Of a stretch of 64,000 nucleotides of DNA, positions 8,957 to 18,002 are shown piece by piece. The first letter of the stretch is position 1, and the number at the start of each line of letters is the position of its first letter. The notes under the pieces were generated by a model. The model was given only the letters and a program-made list of their open reading frames with translations. It was not told the DNA's origin and searched no databases. Made by a program: the position numbers and the translations under genes. The DNA is from Firmicutes bacterium UBA3572 (GTDB lineage: Bacteria; Bacillota; Desulfotomaculia; Desulfotomaculales; Desulforudaceae), in NCBI GenBank assembly GCA_002375985.1, contig DFNH01000012.1, forward strand, positions 2,618-66,617. The letters are read 5' to 3'.

Positions 8957-9031
8957 CCCAAAACCAGTTCTAACCTGAAAACAGTTTCTCACTTCGGTCA
9001 GCCGGCCATCGACCCGAATTGTCTTGACAGT
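8957..9031. repeat. repeat module Y, copy A (direct copy at 20886-20960)
   Basis: 75 nt with a single mismatch to 20886-20960. Ends in TTGACAGT. Confidence 0.9.
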
Positions 9032-9187
9032 TACTCTTCGTAAAAGGAATTGCACTGCTGCCGAGTCCAGCCTAAGATATTGTCAATCGATGAAGAAGTC
9101 ACCATCATCCACGACCCAGCGACCCAACCTAAATCGAAAGACAGGGAGGTGAACGCCGCCTGCTCAACCACTCAACTGCTTAACTAG

Positions 9188-9286
9188 ATTCCGCTGAAAA
9201 ACTTCATTTGGTACGTGCCGGGACGTTATCGAAGGTCACATTAGGCACGGACACAGTGACCGAAGATAATGTCCCGGTACAGCCCG
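9188..9286. repeat. short, internally deleted copy of the MITE-like element seen at 28881-29120
   Basis: ATTCCGCTGAAAAACTTC...GTGCCGGGACGTTATCGAAGGTCAC, 16 nt, then GTGACCGAAGATAATGTCCCGGTAC. Both arms align to the left and right arms of the full copy. Confidence 0.7.
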
Positions 9287-9322
9287 ACTACCCAACCTAA
9301 CCGAAAAGGAGTGCTGCGCAAG

Positions 9323-12300
9323 ATGATTTACCAAGGACCGCACCGGCGGTGGCTGGTGCTGGTAATCATCGCGATCTTCGTTTTAAGCCTGGCCCTGCCG
9401 GCCGCGGCCGCCGGGCCGGACCGGGTGAAGCCCGGAGCGGGCGGGGAACCGCCGGGCGACTTCGTGCCCGGAGAAGTGATCGTCAAGTTCAAGGAGGGCG
9501 TGCGGGCGGCCGCGGCCATGGGCGCCCTGGCGGCCGAGCACCGGGCGCTCGGGCTGGCCGCGGTGCGGGCGCTGCCCTACGAGGCCGCGCTGTTCACCAC
9601 CACGGCCGACGTAGCAGCGGCGGTGGCCGCCCTGCAGCGCGACCCGCGGGTCGAGTTCGCCCAGCCGAACTACATCTACCGCGCCCTTGGCGCCCCCAAC
9701 GACCCGCTGTGGGACCAGCAGTGGGGGATGCATGGCGAAAACGGCGTGCAGGCGCTGAGCGCCTGGGAGCACACTTACGGTTGCGAAAGCATCATCGTCG
9801 CCGTGATCGACACCGGGATCGACTACACCCACGAAGATCTGAGGGCCAACATGTGGACCAACCCCGGTGAAACCCCCGGGGACGGAATCGACAACGACGA
9901 CAACGGCTTTGTGGACGACGTCTACGGTTATGATTTCATCGGACCGGATTGGTCCCACCCCCAACCGGACAGCGACCCGATGGACGATGACGGTCACGGC
10001 ACCCACGTGGCCGGGATCGTGGCCGCGACGGCGAACAACGCCAGGGGCATCGCCGGCACCGCCCCGGGCGTGCGGCTCATGGCGGTGAAGGCGCTTGATT
10101 CCCAAGGCTCCGGCACCACCGACGCCATCGTGGCCGCCATTCATTACGCAGCGAACAACGGGGCGGAGGTCGTGAACATGAGCCTTGGCGGCCCTGAGTT
10201 CGATCCGTTGGAATACCAGGCCATCGCCGCCCACCCGGACGTCCTCTTCGTGGCCGCGGCCGGAAACGGCGGATCTGATGGAGTGGGCGACGACAACGAC
10301 GCTGCCCCTGTCTCCCCGGCCGGCTTCACCATTGATTGGAACATTGATACAGATGGCGATGGAACCCCTGAACACTACCCGGCCCTGCCCCACCTCATGA
10401 GCGTGGCCGCGCTGGCCCAGACCGGCGGCGACCTGACCGGCTTCTCCAACTACGGCGCCGCCTCGGTCGACCTGGCCGCACCGGGCGAGGCGATCATGAG
10501 CACGGTGCCGCAGTACCCCGACGCCGGGGCCGCTGTGGCGGTTACCGACAGCTACCAAACCATGTTCTGGGGCTTCGGCGCCGAGGACCTGAGCACGGCC
10601 GCCGAAGTCTACGACAGCGTCGTCCGCACCGTGTACGACTTCTTCGGCCTGACTCCGGCCATGACCAATCCGGCGGCCGGAGGTAATCCGCTGCTGGTGG
10701 TGGACGACGACCAAAGCGAGAGCGGTTTTCCGGACGTAAGCCCGCTTTACCTCGGCGCCCTCAGCACGGCCGGTTACGTCTATGACCTGCACACCGTGGG
10801 GTCCGGTGCGGACGGCCCCTCGGTGACCGAGATGACCTACGCCAGCGCGGTGATCTGGTTTACCGGGTGGACCCCGGTAAGCGATCCGGGGACCTGGTAC
10901 ATGCCGAATCTCACCCCAGCCGATCAGGACAATCTTATTACTTACCTTGATGCCGGCGGCAGGCTCTTCCTGAGCGGCCGCGACGCCGGTTGGAGAATCA
11001 AGGACACTTCCCTCTACCGTGATTACCTGAAGGCCGAGTTCATCACCGAGTGGGACGGTTTGCTCGGGCTTCAGGGGGTGGCCCACCCGTACAACGACGC
11101 CAACTATACTTTCGCTCCCGGCACCCGGTGGATCGACGTTCTCCAACCACGCTCCGGGGCGACGGTGGTATTGCAACTCAATCCCCCCTACGCCTCCTGG
11201 GGCGGCACCTCGATGGCCGCGCCCTTCGCGGCCGGCGGCGGGGCGTTGATCCTTTCGCTGCGTGGCGACCTGTCACCCGAAGCGGTGATCGACCTGCTCA
11301 ACGGCAGCGTCACCCCGCTAAGCGTCCTGGACAGCAAAGTGCTCTCCGGCGGCACCCTCAACCTGGCGCAGGCGCTGGCCACCGTCCCGCCGGGCGTGAA
11401 AAGCACCGTCCCGGCGGATGGCGCCACCGGGGTAGCGGTCAACACCAACATCACCGTCACCTTCAGCGAAAGCGTGACCAAAGGGGTCTACTTCGACGAC
11501 ATCACCATCACGAGTGGCGGCACAACGGTGAGCTACACCTACGGCCTCAGCGGCGACACGCTCACCCTCGACCCTGACAGCAATCTGGCCTACAACACCA
11601 CCTACACCGTCACCATCCCGGCCGGGGCGGTCCAAGACGCCGCCGGCAACCCGTCGGAGGCCTACAGCTTCAGCTTCACCACTCAGGCCGCCGGCGGCGG
11701 TGGCGGCGGCGGTGGTGGTGGAGCGCCCGCCCCTCCGGCGCCTCCGGAACCTCCGGCCGGGACCGCTGAAGCTGTCGCCACTGGCGGGGCGCAAAGTGTG
11801 AGCCTCCTGGACGGCCAAGTAACCCTGGACCTCCCGGCCGGCGCCCTGCCCGAAGGGGCGAAGGTCACCGTCACGCTGGCCGCCGACACCCCGGAGAATC
11901 TCCCGGCCAGCGCCAAAGCGGTCAGCGCGGTGTTCAGCTTTGAGAGCACCGCACCTCTGGCCGAACCGGTCCGGGTCTCCATCCGGTACGAGGCGGACAA
12001 ACTGGGCGGCCTCGACCCGCGGGCGCTGATGGTCTTCCGGGAGAACCCGGACGGCACCTGGCAAAGAGTGGGCGGCAAACTCGACCGCGCCGCCCAAGCG
12101 GTAGTGGTCGAGCTCGACGGCTTCTCCAACTACACCGTCCTCGGTACGCCGAAGACCTTCGGGGACATCAAGGGCCACTGGGCGCAAGCCGACATCGAAC
12201 TGCTGGCGGCCCGCGGCCTAGTCCAGGGCCGGGCGGCCGGTAAGTTCGCCCCCGGAGCGCCGGTGACCCGGGCCGAGATGGCCGCGCTCTTAGTACGGCT

Positions 12301-12931
12301 GACCGGTGCGAAGGAAGTAACTCCGGCGCAGCCGACCTTCACCGACGTGGCCCCCGGTGCCTGGTACTACAGCGCAATCGAAACGGCCGTCCGGGCCGGA
12401 CTGTTCAAGGGCTACACCGACGGCAGTTTCCAGCCCGACGCCACCCTGACCCGCGAGCAACTGGCAGCGCTGGCCGTACGCCTGACCGGGGCTGCGACCG
12501 GCACGACCCAACTGCCCTTCGCCGACCGGGCCGATATCGCCCCCTGGGCGGAGGAAGCGGTCGCCGCCGCCTATGCCCAGGGGCTGCTGCGCGGCGTCTC
12601 CGACACCGAGTTTGCCCCGCAAATGTCGGTGACCCGGGCCCAGGCCGCCGCCCTTATGGTCCGGCTGGCCGAAAGAATGGGGCTGTTTGAAGTGACGACC
12701 ACGGTCACCGGTACCCTGGTGTGGAACACGCTGAGCGGCGGTTTCTGGGAGCTGGTTGCGGGGCAGGAAACCTACGTGCTCCTGCCCGACCCACGGCGTA
12801 AGGCGACCGCGGCCCAACTGAAACAGTTCGAGAACCAGGAGATCACGGTGACCGGTTACCTCCAGACCGGGCCGAACATCTACATGCGCGGCCCACTGCT
12901 CCGCATCCTGAGCGTCACCCCAACCGGGTAA
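9323..12931 (+). CDS. cell-surface subtilisin-like (S8) serine protease with Ig-like domain, Gly/Pro linker, three SLH domains and a C-terminal extra domain
   Basis: Signal peptide (WLVLVIIAIFVLSLALPAAAA). Catalytic D (VAVIDTGID), H (HGTHVAGIV) and S (GGTSMAAP). Three SLH repeats (FGDIKGHWAQ..., FTDVAPGAWYY..., FADRADIAPWA...). ATG 9323 is preferred to the track start at 9269. Confidence 0.9.
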   Translation: MIYQGPHRRWLVLVIIAIFVLSLALPAAAAGPDRVKPGAGGEPPGDFVPGEVIVKFKEGVRAAAAMGALAAEHRALGLAAVRALPYEAALFTTTADVAAAVAALQRDPRVEFAQPNYIYRALGAPNDPLWDQQWGMHGENGVQALSAWEHTYGCESIIVAVIDTGIDYTHEDLRANMWTNPGETPGDGIDNDDNGFVDDVYGYDFIGPDWSHPQPDSDPMDDDGHGTHVAGIVAATANNARGIAGTAPGVRLMAVKALDSQGSGTTDAIVAAIHYAANNGAEVVNMSLGGPEFDPLEYQAIAAHPDVLFVAAAGNGGSDGVGDDNDAAPVSPAGFTIDWNIDTDGDGTPEHYPALPHLMSVAALAQTGGDLTGFSNYGAASVDLAAPGEAIMSTVPQYPDAGAAVAVTDSYQTMFWGFGAEDLSTAAEVYDSVVRTVYDFFGLTPAMTNPAAGGNPLLVVDDDQSESGFPDVSPLYLGALSTAGYVYDLHTVGSGADGPSVTEMTYASAVIWFTGWTPVSDPGTWYMPNLTPADQDNLITYLDAGGRLFLSGRDAGWRIKDTSLYRDYLKAEFITEWDGLLGLQGVAHPYNDANYTFAPGTRWIDVLQPRSGATVVLQLNPPYASWGGTSMAAPFAAGGGALILSLRGDLSPEAVIDLLNGSVTPLSVLDSKVLSGGTLNLAQALATVPPGVKSTVPADGATGVAVNTNITVTFSESVTKGVYFDDITITSGGTTVSYTYGLSGDTLTLDPDSNLAYNTTYTVTIPAGAVQDAAGNPSEAYSFSFTTQAAGGGGGGGGGGAPAPPAPPEPPAGTAEAVATGGAQSVSLLDGQVTLDLPAGALPEGAKVTVTLAADTPENLPASAKAVSAVFSFESTAPLAEPVRVSIRYEADKLGGLDPRALMVFRENPDGTWQRVGGKLDRAAQAVVVELDGFSNYTVLGTPKTFGDIKGHWAQADIELLAARGLVQGRAAGKFAPGAPVTRAEMAALLVRLTGAKEVTPAQPTFTDVAPGAWYYSAIETAVRAGLFKGYTDGSFQPDATLTREQLAALAVRLTGAATGTTQLPFADRADIAPWAEEAVAAAYAQGLLRGVSDTEFAPQMSVTRAQAAALMVRLAERMGLFEVTTTVTGTLVWNTLSGGFWELVAGQETYVLLPDPRRKATAAQLKQFENQEITVTGYLQTGPNIYMRGPLLRILSVTPTG

Positions 12932-12977
12932 TCGGTCGCCGGTAATCAATAGTCGGACCGGCACTCGCCCGGCAAGC

Positions 12978-13013
12978 AAAGCCCCCCGGTGCTTACCACC
13001 GGGGGGCTTTTTG
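12978..13013 (+). terminator. intrinsic terminator after the protease gene
   Basis: AAAGCCCCCCGGTG-CTTACC-ACCGGGGGGCTTTTT. Confidence 0.85.
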
Positions 13014-13189
13014 TTACCGCGTAGCAGGGGACGTTATTGACTAACGTGAGTAAATGACATGGTCTTGTATGAACTCTTATCACTTGAGTAAAATTAACGC
13101 GGGTTTTGTTTCGTAAGGTGACTGAAAAGAAGGGACGAGAAGCCGAACCTTCGAAGTGCGTAGTTGAACTATACTTGAGGTGAGAAAAA

Positions 13190-13414
13190 ATGTTTTTTGG
13201 TACGTTCTTTTTCTTCTTCGGTATCGGAACCTTGCTGGCTCTGATCTATGCAGCCGTTCGTTTCGGACCGCCGCTTTTAGCCTTGTTATTGACATCCATT
13301 AGAGAAGTTGCCGGCGCATGGGGCAGGGCGTTCATGGAAGGCTGGGACGAAGCCGGCCGGAAATCTAGCGCCTCCGGAAAATCTTCCCGACAGCCTTCAG
13401 CACCCCCGGCTTGA
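13190..13414 (+). CDS. small hypothetical membrane protein
   Basis: GAGGTGA RBS lies 6 nt upstream. Phe-rich TM N-terminus and polar tail. No family recognised. Confidence 0.4.
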   Translation: MFFGTFFFFFGIGTLLALIYAAVRFGPPLLALLLTSIREVAGAWGRAFMEGWDEAGRKSSASGKSSRQPSAPPA

Positions 13415-13875
13415 CCAGCTCCGTTTCCCGTTCCTCCAAAAAGTAGGCCTACTAGGCCGCCAGTTCGACATACTCCTCGTCAGTCAGGCCTGCCACATCT
13501 GTCTCGGACACCCCGAAGTACAGGGAGATAAGCAGGTTCGTCTGACCAGGCCGTCCTGCTTTAAGGCCTCCAGCCTGGCTACAACCGCTTCACGAAAAAT
13601 CCTGGTTGGTGCCCACGATCTTCTGCAGCTCGCTGTCCACCGAAACGGCCGTGCCGGGCTTTTCATCGAAGAACTTGCACACCGCGTCCTGATCAGGGTA
13701 GAGCAGGCAGTCAAAGACCAGGTTGTGCATGGCCTTCAGGGCGTCGCTCAATGACCTGCTTGGCAAAGCGGCTCAAGGCTGCCCGCCCCGGCTTGCGGAA
13801 AACGAAATAATAGGTCTGGCTCTGGAAGGGGTTCTCAAACCCCATTTCCACTTCAATCCAGCGCATGATGGGCAT
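13400..13875 (-). pseudogene. multiply frameshifted remnant of a ~150-aa phage-like protein (tail-assembly-chaperone-like is only a guess)
   Basis: Reading across three frames gives MPIMRWIEVEMGFENPFQSQTYYFVFRKPGRAALSRFAKQ / LSDALKAMHNLVFDCLLYPDQDAVCKFFDEKPGTAVSVDSELQKIVG / FREAVVARLEALKQDG / NLLISLYFGVSETDVAGLTDEEYVELAA, with internal stops. Confidence 0.4.
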
Positions 13876-13963
13876 AGTCTTTGAATTTTTTCCTGCGGTA
13901 CTGGCCAGGAGATTTCATTGAGAAAATCTCACACAAGCTGCTGGCTGCTGCCCGCCGGAGTTA

Positions 13964-13992
13964 TTGACGGTCGTCAACACCCGTGCTAGAAT
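13964..13992 (+). promoter_or_regulatory. candidate sigma-A promoter of the nrdDG leader
   Basis: TTGACG, 17 nt, TAGAAT, located about 30 nt before the riboswitch. Confidence 0.6.
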
Positions 13993-14022
13993 TACCGTGA
14001 ACTCCAAAGCAAAAAACGGACG

Positions 14023-14173
14023 AACAGGTGCCCTTTACCAAGGGATAATAGGGAATCAGGTGCAAATCCTGAGCAGTCCCGCTACTGTGAGCGATGAGTC
14101 GCCCCCAGAAGGCCACCGGTCAGCCGGGAAGGCGGGCGGCGACGATGACCGCGAGCCAGGAGACCTGCCTGTT
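14023..14173 (+). promoter_or_regulatory. cobalamin (B12) riboswitch
   Basis: AATAGGGAATCAGGTGCAAATCCTGAGCAGTCCCGCTACTGTGA core and GCCACCGG...AGCCAGGAGACCTGCC B12-box region. P1 forms between AACAGG (14023) and CCTGTT (14168). Confidence 0.85.
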
Positions 14174-14304
14174 TGTCGGTAGCTCCACTTTGCCTCCGGT
14201 CGAGGGGCAGGGAGCAGTGTGGCGCATGGCCGCGGATTCCTGCCGTCACGCCTGCCTTTAAGGGGGTTAGGCGGCACGGAGACACCGGAATCGCGCACGC
14301 TGGG

Positions 14305-14341
14305 GCCCTCCCGATTAATCGGGGAAGGGTCTTTCTGTTTT
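14305..14341 (+). terminator. riboswitch-associated intrinsic terminator
   Basis: GCCCTCCCGATTAATCGGGGAAGGGT followed by CTTTCTGTTTT, 58 nt before the nrdD ATG. Confidence 0.6.
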
Positions 14342-14398
14342 GGCTGCTACCGGGGTTGACAACATACCTTAAAGACATCTTTTCCGGGGAGGACAACC

Positions 14399-16495
14399 AT
14401 GATTACAGCGATTCAAAAACGGGACGGGCGCACCGTAGCCTTCGATGCCGCGCGTATCACCAACGCCATTGCCAAGGCTTTCAAGGCTACAGGAGAGGCC
14501 CGGTGGGCAAACGACGATGCCGCCCCGGCCGTCACCCAGCGCGTCATCGAAGCCCTGGAAAACCGGGGCGTTACCGTGCCTACCGTTGAAGAAGTGCAGG
14601 ATCTGGTGGAGAAAAGCCTTATGGAGCTTGGCTATCATCAAACGGCCAAGGCCTACATACTCTACCGCGAGCAGCACCGGCAGATGCGCGCTATGAAGTC
14701 CCTGGTAAACTGCAACCTGGTGGAGTCCTATCTCAACCGGGCGGACTGGCGCGTCGCCGAAAACGCAAATTCTTCCTTCTCTCTTCAGGGACTAAACAGC
14801 TATATCGCCAACACCGCCGCGGCCAGCTTCTGGCTGGAACGTATTTACCCTCCGGAAGTACGCCGGGCGCACCTGGAAGGCGATTTCCATATCCACGACC
14901 TGGGCTACCTCAGCGTCTACTGCGCCGGATGGGATCTCAAACAGCTGCTGGCAGAAGGCTTCGGGGGCGTACCCAACCAGGTATCATCCAGGCCGCCCAA
15001 ACACTTTCGTTCCGCCCTGGGGCAGATGGTCAACTTCCTTTATACCCTTCAGGGGGAAGCTGCGGGTGCCCAGGCTTTTTCCAACGTCGATACGCTGCTC
15101 GCTCCTTTCGTCCGTGCCGACAACCTGAGCTACGAGGGCGTCAGGCAGGCCATCCAGGAGTTTGTTTTCAACCTGAACGTGCCCACCCGGACGGGTTACC
15201 AGACACCGTTTACCAACATTACCATGGATCTGGACATTCCCGCTTTTATGAAAGACGAGCCTGCCGTGGTCGGCGGTCAAGAGCTGAATACTTGTTACGG
15301 GGACTATCAGGAAGAGGTACACATGATCAACGAGGCGTTCGCCGACGTGCTGCTGGAGGGCGACGCCTGCGGGCGGGGGTTTACCTTCCCCATTCCGACT
15401 TACAATGTTTCGCCGGCGTTCACCTGGAAAGGACCGGTGGCCCAAAAACTCTTTGCCGTGGCGGCCAAGTACGGCACACCCTACTTTGCCAACTTCATCA
15501 ATTCCGACCTGCAGCCGGAAGATGTGCGGTCGATGTGCTGCCGCTTACGCATTAACAACAAAGAGCTTCTCAAGCGGGGCGGCGGGCTTTTCGGCGCCAG
15601 CCCGCTGACCGGTTCCATCGGGGTGGTGACCCTGAACCTGCCGCGCTTGGCTTATCTGGCCCAGGATGAACAGGACTTTTTTACCCGCTTGGCCCATCTG
15701 GCTTCTATTGCGGTCACCTCCCTGGAAATCAAACGCCGCGTCCTGGAAAGGCTGACCGAAAACGGACTCTACCCCTACGCGCGCCGTTATCTGCAGGGAG
15801 TGAAGGAGAGAACGGGCAGTTTCTGGGGTAATCATTTTGCTACCCTGGGGCTGGTCGGAGCGGCCGAAGCGGCGAAAAACCTCCTCGGGAAAAGCATTGG
15901 GGAACCGGAAGGCCATAGCTTTGCCCAGCGCATCCTTGTTTTCCTGCGCGAATTTCTCGTCGGCGTCCAGGAGCGCACGGGCAATCTTTACAACCTGGAG
16001 GCCACACCCGCCGAAGGCTGCTCCTACCGTTTGGCGCGTACGGACAAAAAGATGTTCCCGCGCATCCTCGTTGCCAACGAAGAGGATTGGCGCAAAGGCG
16101 CGGCGCCTTACTACACCAATTCCACCCAGTTGCCGGTGTATGAAACCGACGATGTGTTTGCCATGCTCGAACACCAGGAGCCGTTGCAAACGCTGTACAC
16201 CGGCGGTACGGTGGCCCATATTTTCCTGGGTGAAGCCTTGCCCGACCCGGAAGGTTGCGCCGCACTGGTTCGTAAGGTGACCACCAATTACCGGCTGCCC
16301 TACATATCGGTGACACCGACCTATTCGGTTTGCCCGAGCCACGGGTATGTGCGCGGGGAGCACCGGCAGTGTCCCCACTGCGGCGGTCCGACCGAGGTTT
16401 ACTCCCGTATCGTGGGGTATTACCGCCCGGTCAGCCAGTGGAATGAAGGGAAAAAGGCCGAGTATAATCAGCGCAAGGTGTTTCAAGTAAATTAA
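14399..16495 (+). CDS. nrdD: anaerobic ribonucleoside-triphosphate reductase (class III)
   Basis: N-terminal ATP cone, C-terminal Zn site CPSHG...CPHCGG and glycyl-radical motif RIVGYYRP. GGGGAGG RBS. Confidence 0.95.
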   Translation: MITAIQKRDGRTVAFDAARITNAIAKAFKATGEARWANDDAAPAVTQRVIEALENRGVTVPTVEEVQDLVEKSLMELGYHQTAKAYILYREQHRQMRAMKSLVNCNLVESYLNRADWRVAENANSSFSLQGLNSYIANTAAASFWLERIYPPEVRRAHLEGDFHIHDLGYLSVYCAGWDLKQLLAEGFGGVPNQVSSRPPKHFRSALGQMVNFLYTLQGEAAGAQAFSNVDTLLAPFVRADNLSYEGVRQAIQEFVFNLNVPTRTGYQTPFTNITMDLDIPAFMKDEPAVVGGQELNTCYGDYQEEVHMINEAFADVLLEGDACGRGFTFPIPTYNVSPAFTWKGPVAQKLFAVAAKYGTPYFANFINSDLQPEDVRSMCCRLRINNKELLKRGGGLFGASPLTGSIGVVTLNLPRLAYLAQDEQDFFTRLAHLASIAVTSLEIKRRVLERLTENGLYPYARRYLQGVKERTGSFWGNHFATLGLVGAAEAAKNLLGKSIGEPEGHSFAQRILVFLREFLVGVQERTGNLYNLEATPAEGCSYRLARTDKKMFPRILVANEEDWRKGAAPYYTNSTQLPVYETDDVFAMLEHQEPLQTLYTGGTVAHIFLGEALPDPEGCAALVRKVTTNYRLPYISVTPTYSVCPSHGYVRGEHRQCPHCGGPTEVYSRIVGYYRPVSQWNEGKKAEYNQRKVFQVN

Positions 16496-16508
16496 GGATC
16501 AGCAGATA

Positions 16509-17177
16509 ATGATCGCGTGTGCCGGTTTCAACAAGCTGTCGCTGGTAGATTGGCCGGGTAAGGTCGCGGCTGTGGTTTTTCTGCGGCCGTGCAATTTCCG
16601 CTGCCCGTGGTGCCACAATCCCGATCTGGTGGAACCCTCGCGATTTACCGCACCGGTACCGGTAGAGAATATTCTCCCATACCTCCGCCGGTACCGGGGC
16701 ATGTTGGACGGCCTGGTCGTTACCGGCGGCGAGCCCACCCTTTTCCCCGACTTAACTCTATTGCTGTCCCTAGTACATGAACTCGGCTTGCCGGTAAAGC
16801 TCGACACCAACGGTTCCCACCCGGAACTTGTCCGCCGTTTATTGGACGAGCGCCTGGTAGATACCGTCGCCGTTGACTATAAACTACCCTTGCGACTATA
16901 TGAAGATCTGGTAAACGCCAGGAACCCCGAACGGGTAGCCGAGACCATTGACATCGTCTTGGACCGCGGGTGCGGCCATGTACGCACCACCGTGGTGCCT
17001 GGCCTGCACACCAGGGAACTGCTGGCAGAAATGGTCAGAGCCTTTCCAGGTCTGAATCAGAACAATTACCGTCTGCAGCCCTTCCGTCCCGGCAATTGCC
17101 TCGATCCGAAATACAACGGTCTCCCTCCGGCTACAGCGGCGGAAATTGAGCGCCTTAGCAAAGAGATCTGGACATAA
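16509..17177 (+). CDS. nrdG: anaerobic ribonucleotide reductase activating protein (radical SAM)
   Basis: CNFRCPWCHN cluster motif and GGEPTL. Immediately downstream of nrdD. Confidence 0.9.
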   Translation: MIACAGFNKLSLVDWPGKVAAVVFLRPCNFRCPWCHNPDLVEPSRFTAPVPVENILPYLRRYRGMLDGLVVTGGEPTLFPDLTLLLSLVHELGLPVKLDTNGSHPELVRRLLDERLVDTVAVDYKLPLRLYEDLVNARNPERVAETIDIVLDRGCGHVRTTVVPGLHTRELLAEMVRAFPGLNQNNYRLQPFRPGNCLDPKYNGLPPATAAEIERLSKEIWT

Positions 17178-17180
17178 CCC

Positions 17181-17993
17181 TCAGGCACCCCGGCTCCGGT
17201 ATACCTCAAGCTGCAGCGCGCCGTCCGCGTCGAACATCCGCCGGTAGGACAACCCCACCAGGATCAGACAGCCGATGGCCACGGCAGCGGCAATCATCAG
17301 CATTACCACGATCTGGTAACGCACCGCCTCCTGCGGGTCCACCCCGCCCAGAATCTGCCCGGTCATCATCCCGGGCAGACTGACCAGGCCCACCACCATG
17401 AGGGAATTGATGGTCGGGGTCATTCCGGCCCGCACCGCCTCGCGGACACAATCCCGGACCGCCTCCCAGGGGGTGGCGCCCAGCGCCAGCAAAGCTTCCA
17501 CCTCGCCCCGCCGCGCGCGCGTTTCGGCATAGAGGCGGTCTACCGCCAAGGCAATGCCGTTCATGGAGTTACCCAAGATCAAGCCGAAGATCGGAATCAC
17601 GATTCGGGCGGCGTACCAGGGCTCGGGACCGATGATGAGCTGGGTAACCAGCGTCCCCACCAAGAAGGTGCTGGCGACCAGCGACACAAAGGCCAGCACC
17701 GTGGTCCCCGGGGGAATACCGGTGGAGCGCCGCACGGCCGCCCGGGCGGCGACATAGCACATCAGCAGTACCAGCACTAAAACCACGGCCAGGCTGTCAT
17801 AAGCGAATATGTAATTGAGTGTGTAACCGATCAGGGTCAGTTGCACAAAGGTACGGACCGTACCCCAAAGGAGCGGCTTCAACAAGCCCAGCCGGAGTCC
17901 CGCCGAAACGGCCCCGGCAATCAACACCAGCAAAATACTTAGCGCCAGCTGAAAATCGGAGATGGGAATGACCGCGGCCTCCATACACGCCAC
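17181..17993 (-). CDS. fetB: FetB/YbbM-family ABC exporter permease (UPF0014)
   Basis: Collinear similarity to E. coli YbbM as I recall it (LGATP..A, VGLVSLPGMMTGQI, Y-I-V). Downstream of a matching ATPase. Confidence 0.8.
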   Translation of the reverse strand: MACMEAAVIPISDFQLALSILLVLIAGAVSAGLRLGLLKPLLWGTVRTFVQLTLIGYTLNYIFAYDSLAVVLVLVLLMCYVAARAAVRRSTGIPPGTTVLAFVSLVASTFLVGTLVTQLIIGPEPWYAARIVIPIFGLILGNSMNGIALAVDRLYAETRARRGEVEALLALGATPWEAVRDCVREAVRAGMTPTINSLMVVGLVSLPGMMTGQILGGVDPQEAVRYQIVVMLMIAAAVAIGCLILVGLSYRRMFDADGALQLEVYRSRGA

Positions 17994-18002
17994 CTAACTA
18001 AC

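Noticed and set aside
9383-11176. 597-aa ORF antisense to the S8 protease. Similar long antisense or out-of-frame ORFs occur elsewhere, for example 2942-4072 (-), 11318-12187 (-), 35600-36235 (+), 49585-51204 (+), 51793-53577 (+), 57869-59152 (+) and 62916-63959 (+).
   Set aside because: They are Arg/Pro/Gly/His-rich shadow frames of well-supported genes on the other strand or in another frame, as expected in high-GC DNA. They have no RBS and no family resemblance.
11685-11725. (GGC/GGT)n Gly-codon run in the protease as a phase-variation tract.
   Set aside because: It is a triplet repeat, so slippage keeps the frame. It is more likely just a flexible linker.
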